From contig CAZSKP010000009.1 in assembly GCA_964607485.1 (NCBI GenBank), positions 14,045 through 78,044 of the forward strand: a DNA stretch of 64,000 bases. The letters are read 5' to 3'. The DNA is from an uncultured bacterium. Its GTDB lineage: Bacteria; Abyssobacteria; SURF-5. A model generated the notes under the pieces. The model had not been told where the DNA came from. It made no database searches and worked only from the letters and a program-made list of their open reading frames with translations. Position 1 is the stretch's first letter, and each line of letters begins with the position of its first letter. This document shows positions 51,116-62,038 of the stretch, piece by piece. The translations under genes were made by a program, and so were the position numbers.

Positions 51116-52333
51116 TCACCCCAATTCCCACAGCGAAATCGAGCGAAGCCGCCTGCGCCGGAACTCAAGCTTGCGCCCGCTGCCCCAGGCAATGAGCTTT
51201 TCGCGCGCAAAAGCGCTGTCTTTCCTGTGAGTCATCATGCGGCAATCCTCCCCCAGCAGCCTCACCGCCTCCTTCGCGCCTTCCAGGAAGAATTTCGCCT
51301 TCTTGGGAAGAGGCATCGTCTTGACAAACCGGCGCGACGGGCTGGCGGGCATGAGTCCTGCGAAGGCGTGTACGGCGCCCTCGATCCCCGCGATGTGGGC
51401 TCCGACTCGATAGTCAAGAGGGGAGAAGAACGACTCGAACGTGTAGGACGGAATCCCCAGCGAGAGTGTCAGCCAATCGCTGAGCACCATCCTGCCTTTT
51501 CTGAACTCGGTCAGCAGCGGACCCGAAATCTCCCTGCCCTCGCCTTTCGTTATGGTTTGAGGTATGGGCACGAAAAGTTTTCGGAGGAACCTGCCGACGT
51601 TGCTCACCTTCCGGGGCACGTAATAGTTGCGCTTCAGATTCTCGATGATGCGCGCGCCTACGCTCTCGCCGAGCTCGCGCTGCGAGTCGGGGATGAACTC
51701 TATCACCGTCACCTCGAAATTGTTGGGCAGGAACCGCCATTGCTGAGGCAATTGAAACCTGACGCCCGGCCTGTAGAACAGCGTCTCGTGCAGGTCGAGC
51801 GAAAGCGCGGCGCGTTGTTCCAACAGATATTTCTTAAGCGCCCTCGTCTCCGGCGGCAGGAACTCGTCGGGCCGGCACCAGACCGCGTTGACATCCTCCC
51901 AGTTGCTCTCCGAGTAATCCTCCCGAATCTCGGTGTTGCCGATGGGATCGACGCACTTCACCCCGCGGCAGTCGTAGCCGTCGGGGTCGAGACACGGAAG
52001 CAGGATGAACTGCACGTTTCTCAGTATGCGTTCGAGCGACCCGTTGGGCTGAGCAAGCCTGCGCGCTATGGAAAGCAGCGCCAGCGGCGGCGCATCCTCG
52101 CGGCCGTGATTCGCCGCGGTGAGAAGAATCTTATGGCTTGTCCCGGCCGACCCGGCCTTGACCGCGTAAATCGGACGGCCCATCTTCGAGCGGGCTATCT
52201 CCTCGACGGAAAGGCGGTCGCCGAGAGCCGCGAAACCGGCCTCAAGGTCGGAGTAGCGCTTGAATTCGTTCAGCTCCTTGATGGGCGGATATTTGTCGAA
52301 CAGTTCGGTCATCTTTCGAGCCTCATGATACAC
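51116..52333 (-). CDS. M14-family zinc carboxypeptidase-like protein
   Basis: 405 aa; zinc-ligand-like ANHGRE (HxxE) and LLPCLDPDGY (NPDG-like) motifs. Confidence 0.5.
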   Translation of the reverse strand: MYHEARKMTELFDKYPPIKELNEFKRYSDLEAGFAALGDRLSVEEIARSKMGRPIYAVKAGSAGTSHKILLTAANHGREDAPPLALLSIARRLAQPNGSLERILRNVQFILLPCLDPDGYDCRGVKCVDPIGNTEIREDYSESNWEDVNAVWCRPDEFLPPETRALKKYLLEQRAALSLDLHETLFYRPGVRFQLPQQWRFLPNNFEVTVIEFIPDSQRELGESVGARIIENLKRNYYVPRKVSNVGRFLRKLFVPIPQTITKGEGREISGPLLTEFRKGRMVLSDWLTLSLGIPSYTFESFFSPLDYRVGAHIAGIEGAVHAFAGLMPASPSRRFVKTMPLPKKAKFFLEGAKEAVRLLGEDCRMMTHRKDSAFAREKLIAWGSGRKLEFRRRRLRSISLWELG

Positions 52334-53790
52334 TCGCCCGGCTCTTTGAATTCTCTCTGATGGAACACGGCCTTCGACTGGTACACATCGGCCACGCCGT
52401 TCCAGCCGAAGTGGAGCGCCCTGTGAAAGGTTTCGGTGTAGGCGTCCACAAGGTTATTCGTATTTTTCACGAGCTCGTTCAGCTCGGCCAGCTTCTCGTC
52501 TTCGACCAACGAAGGCGATGCAAAATCCTCGAAGATTCTGTCGAAGCCTTTCGCAATATCGGAAAAGTGCTTCCTGACGCTCCGGCTCAGCAGCAGACTC
52601 GCGACAAACGTGGCGACGCCGAACAGCAGGATGGGCGAGATGAAGAGCGACCCCTTGAAAAGACCGAACACGCTGTCGAGTATGCCCACCGCGATGAGTA
52701 TTATCGGAATCTGGCGTTTCTCAAAGGATACGAGCTGGCCCAGCTTCATCGCCTGGAATTTCCTCCGCGAGTAAGCAGTAATGTACAGGCTCTGCGAGAG
52801 CTTCGACCTGATTTTCGCCACGTCGAGCTTCTCGGGCACGCGGATGACGTTGTCTATCTCGACATTCCTCTCGCTGACAAGGTGCGCGATGGGATGCAGA
52901 GCGGGCGGGATGAAGCTCATCGGAAACCATTCCCCGTCGGAAAATTCGTCGGCCAGGTATATCTCGTAGGACTTTTGCGTCGGCAGCACAATCAGCTCTA
53001 TCGAACGGTGGTGGCTGCTTTGCTTCAGCAGAGGCGCCTTCCGAACGCTCCGCTCGGGAATCCGTATGCGCTTGGCGTCCTCGTCGCTGAACAGGACTTT
53101 CAGAAAACGGAGCGCGCTCATCAGGAAACCACGGCGGGGTTTGCTGTCCTCGAACTGGGCGTAGTAGTACCGCTCGACCGATTCGAGCCCCTCTTCGTTG
53201 GGCACGGCGGCCAGCTTCAGGTAGATGTCCTGCGTGCTCCCATCGATTCTGTCGAAGCACTGGACGACCCGGTCCACTCCCGCCGCCGTCTCGTCGTCCC
53301 CGCCTCGCACAACCTTCAGGCTGTTGGAAATCTCACAGGCGCAATCCTTGAATTTTGCGGCGACCGCCAGCTTCTTCACGCGCGCATACGTGTGGATCAC
53401 GTTGAACACCATGTAAGGCAACAGCAGCGGCAGCAGCAGAGGTTTCACCACGGCGAGCACGACGCAGCCCGAAAGCCACGCGAACTCCAGCACGCTCGAA
53501 AGCAGCCCGACATGCATCAGCTCATCCTGATTGAGCGCCAGGCTGTCCCAATCCTTCTTCATCTGGCGCTCGACCTCCCTCAGGTCTTCTTCGGCGGGGC
53601 GACCGTGAAGGAAAGCAGTCACTGAAAACGAATCCAGGTTCGCAAGAGCGGCGACCTCGTTCATTAGGTCCACGTAGTGCGAGAGCAGCACGTATTCCTT
53701 CTGCCCTATGACGGGCAGATACGCGGCGGCCATGGTCACACGGGCCTCGTTCCGTTCAACCTCGACCGTATGAAACGTTTCCGCCTTCAC
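52309..53790 (-). CDS. Hypothetical membrane protein
   Basis: 493 aa with several hydrophobic helices; no motif recognised. Confidence 0.4.
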   Translation of the reverse strand: MKAETFHTVEVERNEARVTMAAAYLPVIGQKEYVLLSHYVDLMNEVAALANLDSFSVTAFLHGRPAEEDLREVERQMKKDWDSLALNQDELMHVGLLSSVLEFAWLSGCVVLAVVKPLLLPLLLPYMVFNVIHTYARVKKLAVAAKFKDCACEISNSLKVVRGGDDETAAGVDRVVQCFDRIDGSTQDIYLKLAAVPNEEGLESVERYYYAQFEDSKPRRGFLMSALRFLKVLFSDEDAKRIRIPERSVRKAPLLKQSSHHRSIELIVLPTQKSYEIYLADEFSDGEWFPMSFIPPALHPIAHLVSERNVEIDNVIRVPEKLDVAKIRSKLSQSLYITAYSRRKFQAMKLGQLVSFEKRQIPIILIAVGILDSVFGLFKGSLFISPILLFGVATFVASLLLSRSVRKHFSDIAKGFDRIFEDFASPSLVEDEKLAELNELVKNTNNLVDAYTETFHRALHFGWNGVADVYQSKAVFHQREFKEPGECIMRLER

Positions 53791-55120
53791 TACTGACGCC
53801 TCCCGATATGGACGCCAACGCGCTCGCGCGCTCCCGCTCGGTCAAGAGGAGGGTGCTCGACGCATCGGGCACTATATAGGTTGTGAAATCCTTCCGCAAG
53901 TTATCGGTCGCGGTGCGATAAGCCTGTTGAAAAGAGGCGCAGGGTCGCATCCTCATCCGTTCAACGTCGGATGGATTCAATCCGGAAACCAGAGCGATGT
54001 TCACCGTCGTCGCTTTTTCGAACGCGGCGTACGCGGTCTGTCCGTAAATCTCGTAGTTCGCCCGGAGCTCCTCCTCAAACTCCGCCGCATCGTCGAACCT
54101 GAACCAGTCGATGAATCCCGGATAGCCGAGCCCGTCGCCGCACTCGGCGACGACGAGCATCCAGCCGCCCGGCCTGGTGACCGGATGCGCGCTGTGGATC
54201 GCCTTGTGAGCCTGTATGAAGTTGATGTCCTTCGGGCTTCCGCCGCAGCTCACGATTGTGAGGTCCGCCGGCTCCGCCACGACCACGCTGAAGTTGTCGA
54301 TGTAATGAGCGCACGCGACCTCGTGCGCCGCGACGAAATCGCCCGCAAACGCCGCCGCCACGGTCTTCTCCGGCCCGACGATGGTGTTCAACATGAAGTG
54401 GGGGCCCACCATTTTGGCGGCCTCGAGCATGTCCTCGTGCACCGGGTTGCCCGCCAGGCGCGCAACGCGCGCGCCAGCATTCCTGCCCCGCGCGGGCGAC
54501 GGCTCGAACACGAGCATATGGCTCTGCAAGTTTGCCTCGAGCGAACACACGCCCGGCATTATACTCTTTCGGCCTCCACCGAAGCCCGCATAGTAATGCG
54601 GGCCGACCGCGCCGGTGAGGATGACTTTGTCCGCTTCGGCAACTGTCCGGTTCACGGCGACCTCCGTCCCCCTCGAGGTCGTGCCGTAGGAAACGAGCCC
54701 GGCACGGTCGCGGGCGTCGTGGTCGATGGGACGAATCCGCTCGTAGAGCGCGTCTCCCAGCAGACTGCGATGCTCCCCCTCGGTCTGCGGCCGGTGTATG
54801 CCCAGTGCGATTACTATGGCGATATCGCGGTCGGGTATTCCCGCCGCATTCAGCTCCTCCACGAGAATCGGCAGAAATACGTCGCTCGCCGTCGAGCGAG
54901 TGATGTCCGAGGCGACGATGGCGACCCTGTCCCCTCGCGAGACAATCTCGCTCAGCGGAGGCGAACCGATGGGATTCTCGAGCGCGTGCCTCATGAGGTC
55001 GGCGGCGTCGGAGGCGGGCTTGGGGCGACGCGGAAGAAGGACTCTCGGTTCTTGCCCGCAATTCACATCTGCTTCTATTTCTTTCCCACCGTATTTCAGC
55101 CGAAACCGGCGGCTGCTCAT
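53756..55120 (-). CDS. Lactate racemase (LarA) family protein
   Basis: 454 aa; LarA/DUF2088-like N-terminal region and length. Confidence 0.65.
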   Translation of the reverse strand: MSSRRFRLKYGGKEIEADVNCGQEPRVLLPRRPKPASDAADLMRHALENPIGSPPLSEIVSRGDRVAIVASDITRSTASDVFLPILVEELNAAGIPDRDIAIVIALGIHRPQTEGEHRSLLGDALYERIRPIDHDARDRAGLVSYGTTSRGTEVAVNRTVAEADKVILTGAVGPHYYAGFGGGRKSIMPGVCSLEANLQSHMLVFEPSPARGRNAGARVARLAGNPVHEDMLEAAKMVGPHFMLNTIVGPEKTVAAAFAGDFVAAHEVACAHYIDNFSVVVAEPADLTIVSCGGSPKDINFIQAHKAIHSAHPVTRPGGWMLVVAECGDGLGYPGFIDWFRFDDAAEFEEELRANYEIYGQTAYAAFEKATTVNIALVSGLNPSDVERMRMRPCASFQQAYRTATDNLRKDFTTYIVPDASSTLLLTERERASALASISGGVSSEGGNVSYGRG

Positions 55121-55267
55121 CTGATGCCCACCAACGGCGCGTTCAGGCCGGAGTTGCTGTTCGGAAATTCAAGAGAGTTGACCATTCAAACTTCACCCTG
55201 TATCATTATACGGCTTGGCCGTCGCGGCCAAAGGGAAAGTTACATCCTCATCCTTCCGGGAGGTCTA

Positions 55268-56512
55268 ATGAAACGCCCGAACAAAGTGTTTTTCGGCTGG
55301 TTCATAGTCGCCGCAAGCTTCCTCGTCGTCTTCTCGCTCAACGGAGTTATTATAAATACATTCGGTGTGTTCTTCAAGCCCGTCTCGGAGAGCATGGGGT
55401 GGAGTCGCGCGACGTTCAGCGCAACTCTCGCTATAGGCGCGCTGGCGATGGCGGCGGGAGCCCCTTTCGTGGGCAGAATGATAGACACAATCGGCGCAAG
55501 CAAGACGATGCTCGCGGGCTGCCTGCTCTGCGGCGGAGGGATGGCCGCGCTTGGCGCAGCCACAAGATTGGAGCATTTCTATATTTTGTTTGCCATAGTT
55601 GGCCTTGGATTGTCGGCCTCGACCATGATCCCGGTTTCGCTCCTGATCGCGAACTGGTTTGTGCGCAAACGTGGAATCGCCATGGGCGCGGCATTCACCG
55701 GCACGAGCATCGGGGGCATGATCATGAATCCGGTGAACACCTACCTGGTGCAGACGTTCGATTGGCGAAAATCGTATGTGATACTCGGCGCGGCAATCCT
55801 GCTGGTGACGGTCCCGTTGGTCCTTTTCGTTATAAGGACCCGGCCTTCCGACGTAGGCTTGCTTCCCGACGGCGACGAGGCCGGGGAAAAGGAAGTCAAG
55901 GAGCTCACGGGACACACCCTGAACCAAGCCTTCCGAACTCCGGCCTTCTGGTTCATAGCGGCAAACATGTTTCTGGTGACCGTGATGTCCCAGGCCATCG
56001 GAGTACACTGCATTCCGTATCTCACCGATATCGGACATTCGGAGATGACCGCCGCCTTCGTCTTCGGCGCGTCGCTGGGCTTCATGACTATCGGCAAGGT
56101 GGGCCTTGGCGTGTACGCCGACCGGTGGGGTGCGCGACCCACGTTTGTTTACAGCATCGTCGTGACCGCCGTGGGGATCGGCATACTCATGCTTGCCAAA
56201 CCTCTCTGGGTGGCAATGCTGTTCGCGGTCGTATTCGGATTCGCTCAGGGCGGCCCGCTCACACTCACGCCTATGGTGACGGCGGATTGCCACGGATTAT
56301 CCAATTTTGGCTCCATTTTTGGGACGCTGACCTTCTTCTCAATCGTCGGAGCCGCCGTCGGCCCCGTGGTCGTCGGGAAAATGTACGACGCCACACAGCC
56401 TCACACGTATCAGGGCGCCTTCGCCCTGCTCATCATCATTACACTGATGAGCGCATACTGCATTTACAGAGCCAAACCCACTGAAGAATTCGGACATGTG
56501 ACCGGCGAATGA
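55268..56512 (+). CDS. MFS transporter
   Basis: ATG 55268 after GGGAGG; 12 predicted hydrophobic helices, MFS-type loop GRMIDTIGASK. Confidence 0.85.
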   Translation: MKRPNKVFFGWFIVAASFLVVFSLNGVIINTFGVFFKPVSESMGWSRATFSATLAIGALAMAAGAPFVGRMIDTIGASKTMLAGCLLCGGGMAALGAATRLEHFYILFAIVGLGLSASTMIPVSLLIANWFVRKRGIAMGAAFTGTSIGGMIMNPVNTYLVQTFDWRKSYVILGAAILLVTVPLVLFVIRTRPSDVGLLPDGDEAGEKEVKELTGHTLNQAFRTPAFWFIAANMFLVTVMSQAIGVHCIPYLTDIGHSEMTAAFVFGASLGFMTIGKVGLGVYADRWGARPTFVYSIVVTAVGIGILMLAKPLWVAMLFAVVFGFAQGGPLTLTPMVTADCHGLSNFGSIFGTLTFFSIVGAAVGPVVVGKMYDATQPHTYQGAFALLIIITLMSAYCIYRAKPTEEFGHVTGE

Positions 56513-56574
56513 TATCTTGTTGGTAACGGCTGAACGCACGGGCGCGTGCCGGAATGCGCGGTGAAGGAGGAGAC

Positions 56575-58110
56575 ATGGCTGCCGCTGATACAAGAGAGCG
56601 TTGGGATGTGATAGTGGTGGGCTCGGGCCTGGGAGGGCTGAGCTGCGGAGCGCTTCTTGCGAAGAACGGCAAGAAAGTGCTCGTCCTGGAAAGGCACAGC
56701 AAGGTCGGCGGCTATGCGCACCAGTTCACCCGAAAAGCGGGAGCCGACATAAAATACCGTTTCGACGTCGCGCTGCACGTGACCGGCGCCATGGATGAAG
56801 GAGCCTCGTCGCGACGTATCCTGGAGGAGATTGGAGTCTGGGACCGAATCCGGGTCAAGCGTCTCGACGTTATGTGCCGTTCGAGCTTCCCCGATTTTGA
56901 AATGGTCGTTCCGGCGGACAAGGAGCTGTTTCGGCAGAAGCTCGTTGCTCAGTTTCCGGAGGAAAGGGACGGCATCGACTCGCTCTTCGGCACCATCGAC
57001 AAGTTTGCGGAAGAGGTCGGCGCACTTATGAAGGCCTCAGTTCCGGGCGAGGCGCCGTCGCCCGACTTCGCGGAGAGGTATCCCACCGTCATGAAGTACA
57101 TGGCCGCGACGCTCCATCAGTTCGTGTCGGAGCACGTGACCAATGAAAAAGTCGCCGCCGTGTTCTGCCAACCGTGGCCCTACTTGGGACTCCCCCCGAA
57201 GCGGGTGTCGGCCTTCCTCTACCTGCAGATGTGGCTCAGTTTTTTCACGGGCGGAACATACTACATTCAGGGCGGCGGCTACGCCCTCAGCAGAGCCATG
57301 AGCGACGCCATCGAGCGACGGGGCGGCAAGGTGCTCACAAGGACGGAGGTGACGCGGATTCTCACGGAAGGCGGCCGCTGCGCAGGCGTCGAAACAAAGA
57401 AGGGCGAAAAGTTCAGCGCGCCGATAATCGTGAGCAACGCGGCCGCGCCCATTACTTTCGACAAGCTGCTCGACGCCTCCATTGTGGACCCGGCCTACTT
57501 GCAGCAGGTCCGAACCAGTGAGGTGTCGGTCTCCATCATCCAGGCGTACATCGGAGTCAAGGGCACCCCAAGCGAGATCGGGTTCGAGGACCATGAACAC
57601 TTCATGAATTTCGGATACGACGCCGAAGAAGGGTTTGACCGGATGCTCGAGGGAGATTACTCGCAGAGTGCATGTGTGATGGCGAACAACACGTCGGTCA
57701 ATCCCGACGACACCCCGCCCGGCAGGTCCATAATCGAGATCGCTATTTTCGCGGACGGAAAACGCTGGTTCGGTTTCACCGAAGAGGAATACAAGAAGAA
57801 GAAGGCCGAGGTGACCGAGCTGCTCATCGACCGCTTCTCCGAAATCATTCCCGACCTCCGCGACCGCATCGAGGTGATCGAGGTCGGCACACCCCGCACG
57901 ATGGAACGTTACAGCGGCAACCCGTACGGCGCGGTGTATGGCTACGCGTCCACCCCGACCGGTCATTCCATATTCAGGCCGAGGCCGGACACTCCGGTGC
58001 CGGGCCTTTACCTGGCGAGCGCATGGACGTTCCCGGGACCGGGATTCGGAGGCACGTTGGCAGGCGGTGCGAACACCGCTCGGATAATCCTGGGGCGAAC
58101 CGGTGGCTGA
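56575..58110 (+). CDS. FAD-dependent oxidoreductase of the phytoene desaturase (CrtI-like) family
   Basis: ATG 56575 after GAAGGAGG; dinucleotide-binding DVIVVGSGLGGLSCGALLAKNGKKVLVLE. Confidence 0.75.
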   Translation: MAAADTRERWDVIVVGSGLGGLSCGALLAKNGKKVLVLERHSKVGGYAHQFTRKAGADIKYRFDVALHVTGAMDEGASSRRILEEIGVWDRIRVKRLDVMCRSSFPDFEMVVPADKELFRQKLVAQFPEERDGIDSLFGTIDKFAEEVGALMKASVPGEAPSPDFAERYPTVMKYMAATLHQFVSEHVTNEKVAAVFCQPWPYLGLPPKRVSAFLYLQMWLSFFTGGTYYIQGGGYALSRAMSDAIERRGGKVLTRTEVTRILTEGGRCAGVETKKGEKFSAPIIVSNAAAPITFDKLLDASIVDPAYLQQVRTSEVSVSIIQAYIGVKGTPSEIGFEDHEHFMNFGYDAEEGFDRMLEGDYSQSACVMANNTSVNPDDTPPGRSIIEIAIFADGKRWFGFTEEEYKKKKAEVTELLIDRFSEIIPDLRDRIEVIEVGTPRTMERYSGNPYGAVYGYASTPTGHSIFRPRPDTPVPGLYLASAWTFPGPGFGGTLAGGANTARIILGRTGG

Positions 58111-58170
58111 AGACAGAAAAACCGCCGGGCGACCCAACGTCATCACGTGCGCACTGCGGCGGTAACCCTG

Positions 58171-58223
58171 AAAAACCGCGCGGGCACAAGCCACCATGGG
58201 GCGGTAGTTCGGCTTGTGCCCGC
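58171..58223 (-). terminator. Candidate intrinsic terminator (13-bp perfect stem, 18-nt loop, T-run on minus strand)
   Basis: gcgggcacaagcc (58180-58192) pairs with ggcttgtgcccgc (58211-58223); plus-strand aaaaa at 58171-58175 is a U-run after the hairpin on the minus strand, downstream of the stop at 58255. Confidence 0.45.
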
Positions 58224-58254
58224 ATTCTATGTGTGTGAGGGTGGATCGCCCGCG

Positions 58255-58389
58255 CTAGAACTTTCTCCTTTTGAATCCCAATTTCTCCAGCGCCCTCAAA
58301 GCCTCCCGTCGGCTAGAGGCGCGCACGACTTCGACCTTGCTCACCATCGGGCTGTCGGGCGAGTGAATGAAAACCATGTACTCTTTCAC
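58255..58389 (-). CDS. Small hypothetical protein (about 44 aa)
   Basis: GTG 58389 or ATG 58377 preceded by AAGGAGGAGAGG; followed by the hairpin terminator; no motif recognised. Confidence 0.25.
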   Translation of the reverse strand: MKEYMVFIHSPDSPMVSKVEVVRASSRREALRALEKLGFKRRKF

Positions 58390-58682
58390 GACCTCTCCTC
58401 CTTGGTTGTGTGAAAACATGCAGAGGGCAATATTTATGCCATCGACAGCCTGACCAGCGCTAAATCCATTCACAGCAAATATTTGCGTCTGTTTACCTTA
58501 AGTTGCTCTTGTTGAATGTTCGGCGGTCGAATGGAGTTTTTTGCCGCCCCAAGGTCAGGTAATTTCCCCCTCCTCACTGTCGGGCAAGCAGGATCGCACT
58601 TTGGAACTTGGATTCGGCCGTGGTAGAATCTCATGGTTACATTGAATCGCGCGATGGGGACACGGGGCGAGGGTATTCGCTT

Positions 58683-59456
58683 ATGCAGTATCTGTTCGGT
58701 GATTCAGACCTGGCCGCGTACCGGCTTAAGGTTCTGGCCGATGTGTACGCCGAATCGACCAGGAATTTTGTTCTCGATGCGGTCATCGAAAGGCCGCGTC
58801 TGGCCGTGGATATGGGCTGCGGGCCGGGTTATACGACACATCTGCTGGCCGGCCTGCTTCAGTGCGAACGCACCGTGGGGTTTGACAGCTCGGAGCATTT
58901 CATATCACTCGCTCGGAAAACGGAAACGGACGCACTGTCTTTCCGGCTCCATGATGTCACATCGGTTCCATTTCCCGTGGGACCCGCCGACCTCCTCTTC
59001 TGCCGGTTCCTGCTGACCCACTTGAGAGACCCGCAGGCGGTCGTCGCGAGATGGGCCACGCAACTGGCGCCGAAAGGGCTCCTCCTGATGGAGGAAGTGG
59101 AGTGGATACACTCGCAGAATCGGGTGTTCCGCACGTACCTCAACATTGTCGAGGCCATGCTGGAGCATAAGTCGGGCAGGCTGTACGTGGGCCAGACCCT
59201 CGACCGACTCAGCGACGACAGCGCCTTTGAACGAAGGATAAGCCAGGTGGTCCGTCTGCGGGTGTCGAACCGCGACGCGGCAACGATGTTCTATCTGAAT
59301 ATCCGGACATGGAAACTCCAGCCCTTCATCAGGACAAATTATCCCTCCTCGATGATTGAACAACTGGAAGAAGACTTGAAGACCCTCGCCGGGAGGCGGG
59401 ACGATGCGAGCGAGATCGAGTGGGGCATGAGACAAATCGTCTTTGAAAGAACATGA
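58683..59456 (+). CDS. Class I SAM-dependent methyltransferase
   Basis: Motif I VDMGCGPGYTT; start at ATG 58683 tentative (ORF track start 58608). Confidence 0.7.
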   Translation: MQYLFGDSDLAAYRLKVLADVYAESTRNFVLDAVIERPRLAVDMGCGPGYTTHLLAGLLQCERTVGFDSSEHFISLARKTETDALSFRLHDVTSVPFPVGPADLLFCRFLLTHLRDPQAVVARWATQLAPKGLLLMEEVEWIHSQNRVFRTYLNIVEAMLEHKSGRLYVGQTLDRLSDDSAFERRISQVVRLRVSNRDAATMFYLNIRTWKLQPFIRTNYPSSMIEQLEEDLKTLAGRRDDASEIEWGMRQIVFERT

Positions 59457-59518
59457 ACGGCATCGATTGGGGACAGCCCCTTAGGCTGGAGAGAAGCTGT
59501 GTGGAAGACGGCGGGAGA

Positions 59519-60508
59519 CTATTCGCTGTTCTCTTCTTTCGCCCGGTGAAACACTACGGCGACTTCTCCATGGACAGGGGATACCCGTACCTGACAGAGC
59601 GTTGATTCGCCCCCGGCGGCGCGGACATCTGTCTTGAAATCGACTCCCCTGTTGAGTCTGCGCGCATCACAAACCTTTTCCTCCAGCGAAGCGGCAGACA
59701 CGGACGGCATGTATTCAAACAATTTTTTCCCAACCATAGCAGGCCTTTTGACACCCAGGAATTCCTCGGCCAGCCGATTGCATTCCAACACTCTGAACTC
59801 GCGGTCCACTATCAAGATCGCATCGAGCGTGACGTCGAACAGGCTGCGATACTGCATCTCAGCCCTCATCAGCCGCTTGTTCGAATCGCGCAGCAGTGAA
59901 ATGGTTCGTTCCAGCTTCTCGCGGACGGAGATTTTGGGCGGCGCCACCTCGTATCCGTAAGTTTGCAGGTCGGGTCGTGTGCCGATGAGGAACTCGCACT
60001 CCTCGTCCCCCTTGCCGATGCATTTGCTTTCGACAACGGATATATCATCGACGCCCGTCTTAGCCTGTCTGTGCGTCTCCGACATGAAACACATGAGAAC
60101 GCCCCGCGTGTAATCGCACTTGGGACGATTCTGCACGTTCCGGTTTTCGACGTAAGCCCAGCCCTCGAACGAATCGTTGCAGCGGACGATCGCCCAGCCC
60201 CTCGACCAGAACAATTCAGCTATCTCGAAGTTGCCGAAGCCTGCATCCGAATACGTATCGACCGCGCCCCTGAAGCCGTCCTCGTCCGCCGTGAGCCGGC
60301 CCGATTCCATGGCGGAGACCATGAACGAGGTGGAACCCTGTCGGCCGGCCTGACAGACGAGGTCATCCTCGGTGTCTCCGACCTCGCGCGCGAGAACTTC
60401 CCTGAGCCCGTAGAAGCCGCCCTTCGTCTCGACGAGCGACATCCTCGCGCCGCCCACCTCGATCCAGCCGCGCCTGACAAAATTTATGAAATCGGATCCC
60501 TTCGTCAT
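59519..60508 (-). CDS. V4R-domain plus PAS-domain protein (putative sensor/regulator)
   Basis: 329 aa; N-terminal V4R-like Cys-containing region, C-terminal PAS-like region. Confidence 0.5.
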   Translation of the reverse strand: MTKGSDFINFVRRGWIEVGGARMSLVETKGGFYGLREVLAREVGDTEDDLVCQAGRQGSTSFMVSAMESGRLTADEDGFRGAVDTYSDAGFGNFEIAELFWSRGWAIVRCNDSFEGWAYVENRNVQNRPKCDYTRGVLMCFMSETHRQAKTGVDDISVVESKCIGKGDEECEFLIGTRPDLQTYGYEVAPPKISVREKLERTISLLRDSNKRLMRAEMQYRSLFDVTLDAILIVDREFRVLECNRLAEEFLGVKRPAMVGKKLFEYMPSVSAASLEEKVCDARRLNRGVDFKTDVRAAGGESTLCQVRVSPVHGEVAVVFHRAKEENSE

Positions 60509-60572
60509 CTCCCCTCCCGGCCGCCGCTCGGGGCTTCCGAATTGTCACGGAAACCGCTTCACCAACTTTGCC

Positions 60573-61820
60573 TCAGAAAGCCTTCTCCAATATGGTGATG
60601 ACCATGGCGGCCTCCTCGACGCCGATGTTGCCGCCGCCGTTCTCCGCCAGAGCCATTCGGGCGCCCTCGACCTGCCTCTTGTCGCACTCGCCCCTGAGCT
60701 GCCACACCAGCTCGGCAAGCTGGGCGGTGCCCGTCGCGCCTATCGGATGGCCGCGCGATTCGAGTCCGCCGCTGGTGTTGACGGGAAGCTTGCCGCCGAG
60801 CTTCGTGGCGCCCGACTCGGCAAACGGTCCGCCCTCTCCCTTTCCGCAAAAGCCGAGGCACTCGGTCTGATGAAGCTCGCCGAAGGCCGTGGCGTCGTGC
60901 ACCTCGGCGAGGTCGATGTCCTCGGGACCCACGCCCGCCATTTCATATGCCTTGCGGCTGAGGCGGCCGCCTATGTCCTCCTCGTCGAAGTCCCGGTCGC
61001 GCCCCGATGCGAGCACGCAGGCCCTCACTTTGACAAGTTTCTCTGCGCCGATTTTCTTCGCAAAATCCGCCGAGCAGAGGATGGCCGCGGCGGCGCCGTC
61101 GCCCACGGGCGAGCACATGGGCCTCGTGAGCGGATACGACACCTCGGGCGCGCTCAGGACCTCCTCGACGGTCATGTCTTTCTGGTATTGGGCGTAGGGA
61201 TTCATCGAGCTGTGATAGTGGTTCTTGGCCGAGATAACGGCCAGTTGCCGCTGCGTGGTGCCGTACTTCTTCATATGGTTGCGCGCGGCGAGAGAATAGA
61301 TGTCCATGAACGCGCTGCGGCTTTTGCCCGCGCCGCCCTCGCCCGAGGCCTTTGCCCCCATCTCCTTCTTTTTTTCCTCTTCAGCCGCCATCATCGCCTT
61401 GAAGGCTTCCATTATCTCCACGTCGGTGGACGCCCAGAACGTCTGGAACATCTTCTTCTTGTCCTCGAGGTACAGCTTTTCCATTCCCAGCGCGAGCGCT
61501 GCGTCGTACACGCCGCATGCGATGCCCATCCACGCGCCGTAGAAGGCCGACGATGCCGAGGCGCACGCGTTCTCCACGTTCATCACGGGTATCGCGCCAA
61601 TACCCATCGCCCGAAGCACCACCTGCCCGCGGATGCCCTCCTGCCCCGTCACTATTCCCTGAGCGGCGTTGCCGACCCAGGCCGCCTGCAGGTTAGCCTT
61701 GTCCACGCCCGCGTGCTCGAGCGTTCGCGTGACGGCTTCTTCCGCCAGCGATTTCATGTTGCGTTCCAGGTACTTGCCGAACCGGGTCATTCCGACGCCG
61801 ATCACATATACATCTCGCAT
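60573..61820 (-). CDS. Thiolase-family protein (acetyl-CoA acetyltransferase / SCP-x-type thiolase)
   Basis: Start MRDVYVIGVGMTRFGK at ATG 61820 (GGGAG RBS); active-site Cys context NVENACASASSA, C-terminal GHPIGATG. Confidence 0.85.
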   Translation of the reverse strand: MRDVYVIGVGMTRFGKYLERNMKSLAEEAVTRTLEHAGVDKANLQAAWVGNAAQGIVTGQEGIRGQVVLRAMGIGAIPVMNVENACASASSAFYGAWMGIACGVYDAALALGMEKLYLEDKKKMFQTFWASTDVEIMEAFKAMMAAEEEKKKEMGAKASGEGGAGKSRSAFMDIYSLAARNHMKKYGTTQRQLAVISAKNHYHSSMNPYAQYQKDMTVEEVLSAPEVSYPLTRPMCSPVGDGAAAAILCSADFAKKIGAEKLVKVRACVLASGRDRDFDEEDIGGRLSRKAYEMAGVGPEDIDLAEVHDATAFGELHQTECLGFCGKGEGGPFAESGATKLGGKLPVNTSGGLESRGHPIGATGTAQLAELVWQLRGECDKRQVEGARMALAENGGGNIGVEEAAMVITILEKAF

Positions 61821-62038
61821 CGTGTTTTCGCTCCCTCTCTCTCCGAACCTTCCTGTTCCTGGCCGTAGAGGGCTCACACCGTAGCTGGGATGGTTACGCC
61901 ACTATGCTAGTACATTTCGCGGACGAAATCAAGGATGGAGAACAAACGCTTCGCTCTGCAGGAACGCTGTTTGAACGATCAGATGGGTGGAGCGTGCAAC
62001 CCCCGGGCGAGAAGAACAATGAGGGTGATCCTGCGAAG